Shown here: one piece after another, positions 17,393-22,155 of the stretch | Position numbering within the stretch: position 1 is the stretch's first letter | Layout of the letters: the number at the start of each line of letters is the position of its first letter | Origin: Pseudobdellovibrionaceae bacterium | GTDB lineage: Bacteria > Bdellovibrionota > Bdellovibrionia > Bdellovibrionales > Bdellovibrionaceae | Reading direction: 5' to 3' | Length of the DNA stretch: 22,155 nt | NCBI GenBank assembly: GCA_044359815.1 | Contig: JBIKLL010000042.1 | Location: 1-22,155 of the forward strand | Program-made: the position numbers and the translations under genes | The notes under the pieces: model-generated | Database searches by the model: none | Told to the model about the DNA's origin: nothing | The model's input: only the letters and a program-made list of their open reading frames with translations

Positions 17393-18536
17393 GCAAATCC
17401 TTGCTCATGCGGATCAGTGATTTATTTTCAGGATCCTTTGCCAATTCAATTTTCAAACTCTTTTCGATTTCAGGTTTAAGGGCACGAGCTCTTTCCGTTT
17501 GCTTGTCCGCAATTAGAGCCAAAAATAAACTATATTTTGTCGACAAGACCAAGCCCGCAGATTGGGTTTTATCCACAACAATCTGTTTGAGATTTGAATG
17601 AGCCGCCTCACAGATTTCTACATGAGTTTTAGATTGGATCTTTAATATGTCGTTTCGTTCTCTTAGAAAGATACAACCAGCTAGGGCTATTACTGGTTCT
17701 TTCAAATCCAAATCACTAAGCTCCTTCAAAATGATTTCTGCGATTTTTTGAGGTTCTTGCTTTTTATTTGCTTTGTCATAGGTCACTGAGTTTTCCAAAT
17801 ATACCAGATGCATAAGCACTGGCATCACCATTTTTGCTGAGTTTTTTGGGTATACCTTAGATTTTTTTTCTAAAATCGAAAGTGATTTATTCCGCTCAAA
17901 ACCATTGGTGGTAAGTTCCCGTTCCTCTTTTTTTAGATTCCAAAGTTGGGACAAAATTTGAAAATCTTCAGCTTGACCAATCTGGTTGTTTTTGGCCAAG
18001 CGAACGGTTTCTTCAAAAGCCTTCGCCCCAGGGGAACCCTCCCAAAAATAAATCAATCGACCTTCTTGGTCCAAAAGCAAATAATTAGGATAGCCGGTTA
18101 CAATCATTTGCTCTTCAGTATCTTCAACAGATTGTTGGTCTTTAAAATAAATCACATTGTAATTGATCAAATCTTTGATCTTACGGTTGTCTTTTGATTT
18201 AGAAATATCCGAAAGACTCTTTTGAAAAAACTCTTCCAAAGTCTCAGGTTTTGTATCAAGGGATATCGAAACAATGACCATGTCCTTGGACATCTTTTCT
18301 TGAAGCTTGATCAATTCTGGAATGTCCTGAACACAAGGGGTACACCAAGTGGCCCATAAATCGATAAGCACATATTTTCCCTTAAAAATTGAAACATCCA
18401 AAGTCCCGTCGACCACACCTTTTAGTTTTGACACTTTTGGGATGGGTGGCATCATTTGCCCCATGTCAAAGGCTTGAGCAAGGGACGTAAAATGTAAGGC
18501 ACCCAGGATGTTTAAAAGCAATAAAAAGCGCTGCAT
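17379..18536 (-). CDS. TlpA-family thioredoxin-like disulfide reductase with C-terminal helical extension
   Basis: KGKYVLIDLWATWCTPC, IVSISLD, GYPNYLLLDQEG; signal peptide; GGAGG SD; 14-bp overlap with the TPR gene. Confidence 0.88.
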   Translation of the reverse strand: MQRFLLLLNILGALHFTSLAQAFDMGQMMPPIPKVSKLKGVVDGTLDVSIFKGKYVLIDLWATWCTPCVQDIPELIKLQEKMSKDMVIVSISLDTKPETLEEFFQKSLSDISKSKDNRKIKDLINYNVIYFKDQQSVEDTEEQMIVTGYPNYLLLDQEGRLIYFWEGSPGAKAFEETVRLAKNNQIGQAEDFQILSQLWNLKKEERELTTNGFERNKSLSILEKKSKVYPKNSAKMVMPVLMHLVYLENSVTYDKANKKQEPQKIAEIILKELSDLDLKEPVIALAGCIFLRERNDILKIQSKTHVEICEAAHSNLKQIVVDKTQSAGLVLSTKYSLFLALIADKQTERARALKPEIEKSLKIELAKDPENKSLIRMSKDLHEIK

Positions 18537-18630
18537 TGAATCCTCCAGCTATAAGGGTAACAGAATGCAAACTTCGCTCCCCCTGAGATGGCATTAAGGA
18601 CGCAAAGTCGTCGGTCCCTTTAGTTAGGTT

Positions 18631-19206
18631 TTAAGGAGCCTGTTTTTGAAAGGTGTTAAATGAAAAACCAGTGCGGTCGGATTTGTCGATCAGTTTAAAA
18701 TCAGACATTTTAAATTCAGGAAAATACACATCACCATCGACCTCTTTATCAATGACAGTCAGATAAATCTTATCCAGCTTATCCAGACTCTGTTGATAAA
18801 TTTCCCCACCACCAATGACAAAAACTTCCTCGGAAAACAGTTCGTTGTAATGAGCGCTGTTTTTATTGACCAGCTGATTTGCCCAATCCACTGCAGCCTG
18901 AAAATTAGAAACAACCGAAAACAAACTGCCCTCAGCTATGATTTTGTGTTCTGGCATTGAAACCTTTGCACCCGTTTTTTTGCCAATCACTTCTGCGGCT
19001 TTCATAATGTCTCGTGAAATCACAATGTGATAACGATTTTTTAAAACCCCAGGAAAGGATTCAAAGGTCTTACGTCCCATAATCATGACTTTGCTGGTGG
19101 TTTTTTCTCTGAAAAATTTCAGATCCTCGGGGATATGCCATGGCAATTGATTGTTTTTGCCAATCACTCGATTTTTAGACATGGCCGCAATTGCTGACAA
19201 AATCAT
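18631..19206 (-). CDS. folA: Dihydrofolate reductase
   Basis: [11 protein letters not shown]...[12 protein letters not shown]...[24 protein letters not shown]; 4-bp overlap with thyA. Confidence 0.96.
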   Translation of the reverse strand: MILSAIAAMSKNRVIGKNNQLPWHIPEDLKFFREKTTSKVMIMGRKTFESFPGVLKNRYHIVISRDIMKAAEVIGKKTGAKVSMPEHKIIAEGSLFSVVSNFQAAVDWANQLVNKNSAHYNELFSEEVFVIGGGEIYQQSLDKLDKIYLTVIDKEVDGDVYFPEFKMSDFKLIDKSDRTGFSFNTFQKQAP

Positions 19207-20045
19207 ACAGCAATCTCCGCCTTAATTGCAGGATGTGATTGGTAACCAACAACCTCGATATCACTAAACTTAAAATCAAAGATATTTTTGATTTCAGGAT
19301 TCAGTTTTAAAACTGGCAATGCAAAATGGTTTCGGCTCAGCTGAAGTTTTGCCTGCTCAATATGATTCAAATATAAATGCGCATCCCCCAGGGTGTGAAC
19401 AAACTCGCCCACCTGCAGACCACAAACTTGCGCCACCATATGTACCAGCAACGCATAGCTGGCGATATTAAACGGCACGCCCAAAAACACATCTGCGCTT
19501 CGCTGATACAGCTGACAGGACAATTTACCGTTTGCCACATAAAACTGAAAAAACGCATGACAGGGTGGCAACGCCATCTGATCGACATCAGCGGGATTGT
19601 AGGCAACCACCAAATGCCTTCTGGAATCTGGATTGTTTTTAATAGATTCAATAACCTTAGAAATTTGATCAATGATTCTGCCATCAGCTGTTTGCCAGGA
19701 TCTCCATTGTTTGCCATAAACGGGACCTAAATTTCCATTAGCATCAGCCCATTCGTCCCAAATGGTTACTCCGTTTACCTTCAGATATTGAATGTTGGTT
19801 TCGCCCTTTAAAAACCACAGCAGCTCATGGAATATTGATTTGGTGTGTAGCTTTTTGCTGGAAACCAAGGGAAAGCCCTCTTGCAAATTAAATCGCATTT
19901 GGTAACCAAACAAACTGATGGTACCAGTGCCAGTGCGATCAGACTTCCGAGTCCCAAAAGCCAATATATCCCTCATCAATTGATGGTAGCATTCAAGGGG
20001 ATGATTTTTATCGGTCTGAATTTGATTGGTTTCTATTGATTGCAT
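19203..20045 (-). CDS. thyA: Thymidylate synthase
   Basis: [52 protein letters not shown] at 20045 with GGAG SD. Confidence 0.97.
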   Translation of the reverse strand: MQSIETNQIQTDKNHPLECYHQLMRDILAFGTRKSDRTGTGTISLFGYQMRFNLQEGFPLVSSKKLHTKSIFHELLWFLKGETNIQYLKVNGVTIWDEWADANGNLGPVYGKQWRSWQTADGRIIDQISKVIESIKNNPDSRRHLVVAYNPADVDQMALPPCHAFFQFYVANGKLSCQLYQRSADVFLGVPFNIASYALLVHMVAQVCGLQVGEFVHTLGDAHLYLNHIEQAKLQLSRNHFALPVLKLNPEIKNIFDFKFSDIEVVGYQSHPAIKAEIAV

Positions 20046-20152
20046 TCCTACTCCGTAAATCTTAGCTAATCCTGTTTGTATAGGATCTATCACTTTGCAT
20101 CAAGGGGCGAATTTAGATTGCCTAGCTTTGCGCCGTCAGTTTTATAGAATGC

Positions 20153-21445
20153 ATGTCTATTGAATTTCGCGACCCATTGCATGGAACCATATCATTAAAC
20201 GACGGCGAAACCGAAGTCGTCAATTCCCCCCAGTTTCAGAGGCTTCGCGCAATCAAGCAGTTAGGGTTTGCCGATGTCAGTTTTCCGGGCGCTACCCACA
20301 CCAGATTTTTGCATTCGTTAGGAGTTTGCCATCTGGCTGGAATAGCCTTTGACCAAATATTTTCTAATCATCATTTTTCAAAACCATCAGTCAAAAACAG
20401 ATTGCGCCAATGTTTCAGGTTGGCTGCTTTGCTTCATGACGTGGGACATGGCCCCCTTAGCCATACAACGGAAGAAGTCATGCCCCTGCAAAAGGAACTG
20501 CAGATTGCAGTTTATAAAAATAAAAAAGGCAACGACCCAAAAGCCAGGTCAACCCACGAAGATTATACGATAAAATATTTAACAGATTCAGATTTGACCA
20601 CAACGTTGAATCAGCAGTTTAAGGATTTGTCGCCTTATCATATTTGTTTGTTAATTGATAAAACACTTAAAAGCACAGATGATTTTTTTGTGGATCAGGG
20701 TGTGGATTACCGCCCAATACTGTCGCAACTGGTATCAAGCGAGCTGGACGTGGATCGCATGGATTATCTGGAACGCGATTCCTATTACACAGGTACCAAT
20801 TACGGCAAATTTGATCGCGATTGGATGATTGCCAATTTAAAACCCTATCAACACAACGACAAAGTTTATTTATCAATCAACCGCCGAGCGCTTTATACCT
20901 TTGATGATTTTTTAATTTCCAGACACCACATACATTTGATGGTTTACTTTCATCACAAATGCATCGTGTTTGAAGAAATGCTGAACAATTATTTAGATTC
21001 TGCGGATTGTGATTTCAAATTACCAGCTGATATTAATGCCTACACCAAATGCAATGATTTTATGTTGTACGAACATTTAGCTGATTCAAAAAACCCATGG
21101 GCCCAAAGAATCTCGCTCAGAAAACCCTACAAAGTTGTGATTGAAATGCATAATACCCATGATTCTAGTCGACCTAAAAAGCTTAAAAAAGCACTCGAAG
21201 ACGAAGGTCTTGATGTGATTTGGTCATCATCAAAAACCCGATTGTCTAAATACCATCAGGCAAATCCCGAGGAAAAATCACAAACAATTTTTGTTGTGGA
21301 TCAATACGACAGATGGGACAAGCCAACCCCCATAGATCAATCAACCAAAATATTTCAAATGTACGAGGCCGCTAGGGTTATCGACAGGATTTACGTAGCC
21401 CCCGAAAAATTCAAACAAGCCGAAAAAATAATAAATCAAATCTAG
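20153..21445 (+). CDS. HD-domain phosphohydrolase (SAMHD1/YwfO-like dNTP triphosphohydrolase family)
   Basis: RDPLHG, FQRLRAIKQLG, HTRFLHSLGV, AALLHDVGHGPLSH, DVDRMDYLERD, VYFH. Confidence 0.92.
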   Translation: MSIEFRDPLHGTISLNDGETEVVNSPQFQRLRAIKQLGFADVSFPGATHTRFLHSLGVCHLAGIAFDQIFSNHHFSKPSVKNRLRQCFRLAALLHDVGHGPLSHTTEEVMPLQKELQIAVYKNKKGNDPKARSTHEDYTIKYLTDSDLTTTLNQQFKDLSPYHICLLIDKTLKSTDDFFVDQGVDYRPILSQLVSSELDVDRMDYLERDSYYTGTNYGKFDRDWMIANLKPYQHNDKVYLSINRRALYTFDDFLISRHHIHLMVYFHHKCIVFEEMLNNYLDSADCDFKLPADINAYTKCNDFMLYEHLADSKNPWAQRISLRKPYKVVIEMHNTHDSSRPKKLKKALEDEGLDVIWSSSKTRLSKYHQANPEEKSQTIFVVDQYDRWDKPTPIDQSTKIFQMYEAARVIDRIYVAPEKFKQAEKIINQI

Positions 21446-21446
21446 C

Positions 21447-21560
21447 AAAAAGAGACCGTAAAAAGAGACCGTACGACTTTTTCTGTCTACACCGCAGGAT
21501 AAAAAACCTAAAAAGAGACCGTACGACTTTTTCTGTCTACACCGCAGGATAAAAAACCTA
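21447..21560. repeat. Perfect 50-bp tandem duplication plus a 14-nt partial copy
   Basis: 21461-21510 identical to 21511-21560; AAAAAGAGACCGTA also at 21447-21460. Confidence 0.93.
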
Positions 21561-21810
21561 GAGACTAAAAAAGCCAAATTACAATTTAGAAAAATAATTT
21601 TACTTTGCAGTTTTAAAAACGAGTTCGGACGTGAAGCTGCGCGGATGATTTACATTCTTTGACTACATAAATGCGTGCAGCTTGACGCCCGCTGTTCGAG
21701 TTTTAAAACTGCAAATTTAAATTATTTGTACAAATGGCAAAATAGCTTTTCTAGGTTGTTGCTTTTTACCGTGCGCAGTAGACAGAAAAAGTCGTACGGT
21801 CGCTTTTTAG
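21508..21810. mobile_element. ~303-bp imperfect palindrome with 33-bp terminal inverted repeats; putative non-autonomous element (REPIN/MITE-like)
   Basis: 21508-21540 vs reverse complement of 21778-21810 match 32/33; inner stems in register around ~21659. Palindrome is observed, mobility is inferred. Confidence 0.65.
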
Positions 21811-22154
21811 ATTTTTTCGATAAGGATCGCGATGCCTTGGCCGCCGCCGATACAGGCTGAACCAATTGCCCGCTTTGCACCCGTTCTGTGAAGCTCATAT
21901 ACCAGATGATTCATGATTCTGGTTCCAGAGGCTCCCAGTGGATGACCAACTGCTATGGCACCGCCGTTTACGTTGGCACGATCACGCGGAAGCTCTAGTT
22001 CCTTCTCGACTGACAGATACTGGGCTGCAAAGGCTTCGTTGACTTCAAACAGATCAATGTCTTTTAGGGTTAGTCCAGATTTTGCCAAAACATTTCTGAT
22101 AGCTGGCGCAGGACCAATACCCATAATAGATGGATCACAACCTGCGGAAGCATA
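21807..22154 (-). CDS. Thiolase (acetyl-CoA C-acyl/acetyltransferase), C-terminal part; 5' end beyond the window
   Basis: [37 protein letters not shown]. Confidence 0.96.
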   Translation of the reverse strand, partial: YASAGCDPSIMGIGPAPAIRNVLAKSGLTLKDIDLFEVNEAFAAQYLSVEKELELPRDRANVNGGAIAVGHPLGASGTRIMNHLVYELHRTGAKRAIGSACIGGGQGIAILIEKI

Positions 22155-22155
22155 A

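Noticed and set aside
20046..20093. Upstream start for thyA
   Set aside because: ATG 20045 has a GGAG SD; the longer start would occupy the divergent promoter region.
21447..21560. CRISPR array
   Set aside because: Units are contiguous identical copies with no unique spacers, and no cas genes are present.
21341..21860. Short ORFs overlapping the palindromic element (78 aa on -, 61 aa on +)
   Set aside because: Both read through the inverted repeats (shared RQKKSYG peptide), lack an SD and show no transposase motifs.

Overview
A 22-kb bacterial chromosomal segment, most likely from a Bdellovibrionota predator (inferred from paralogous ~280-aa flagellins, an 'FQNC' lipoprotein signal, vWA lipoproteins and a helical-domain/HNH protein family). 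Gene order: RNase R (5' part outside the window, long basic tail), secreted hypothetical protein, nucleotidyltransferase + RHH pair, DUF1304, HTH-HNH endonuclease, LysR regulator, HEPN-MNT pair, two flagellins with sigma28-like promoters and GGA-rich (CsrA-type) leaders, two tandem vWA lipoproteins, a hypothetical protein, a TlpA + TPR operon, thyA-folA, an HD-domain phosphohydrolase and a partial thiolase. No CRISPR array, tRNA, rRNA or transposase was seen. The most interesting non-coding signals are: (1) a ~303-bp rod-like palindrome with 33-bp terminal inverted repeats and a stuttered left end (21447-21810; REPIN/MITE-like); (2) a 31-bp palindrome-cored sequence present once inside and once just downstream of the HNH gene; (3) a perfect 24-bp double palindrome over the apparently leaderless promoter of the NTase-RHH pair; (4) a partial c-di-GMP-I riboswitch-like motif antisense to its neighbours.
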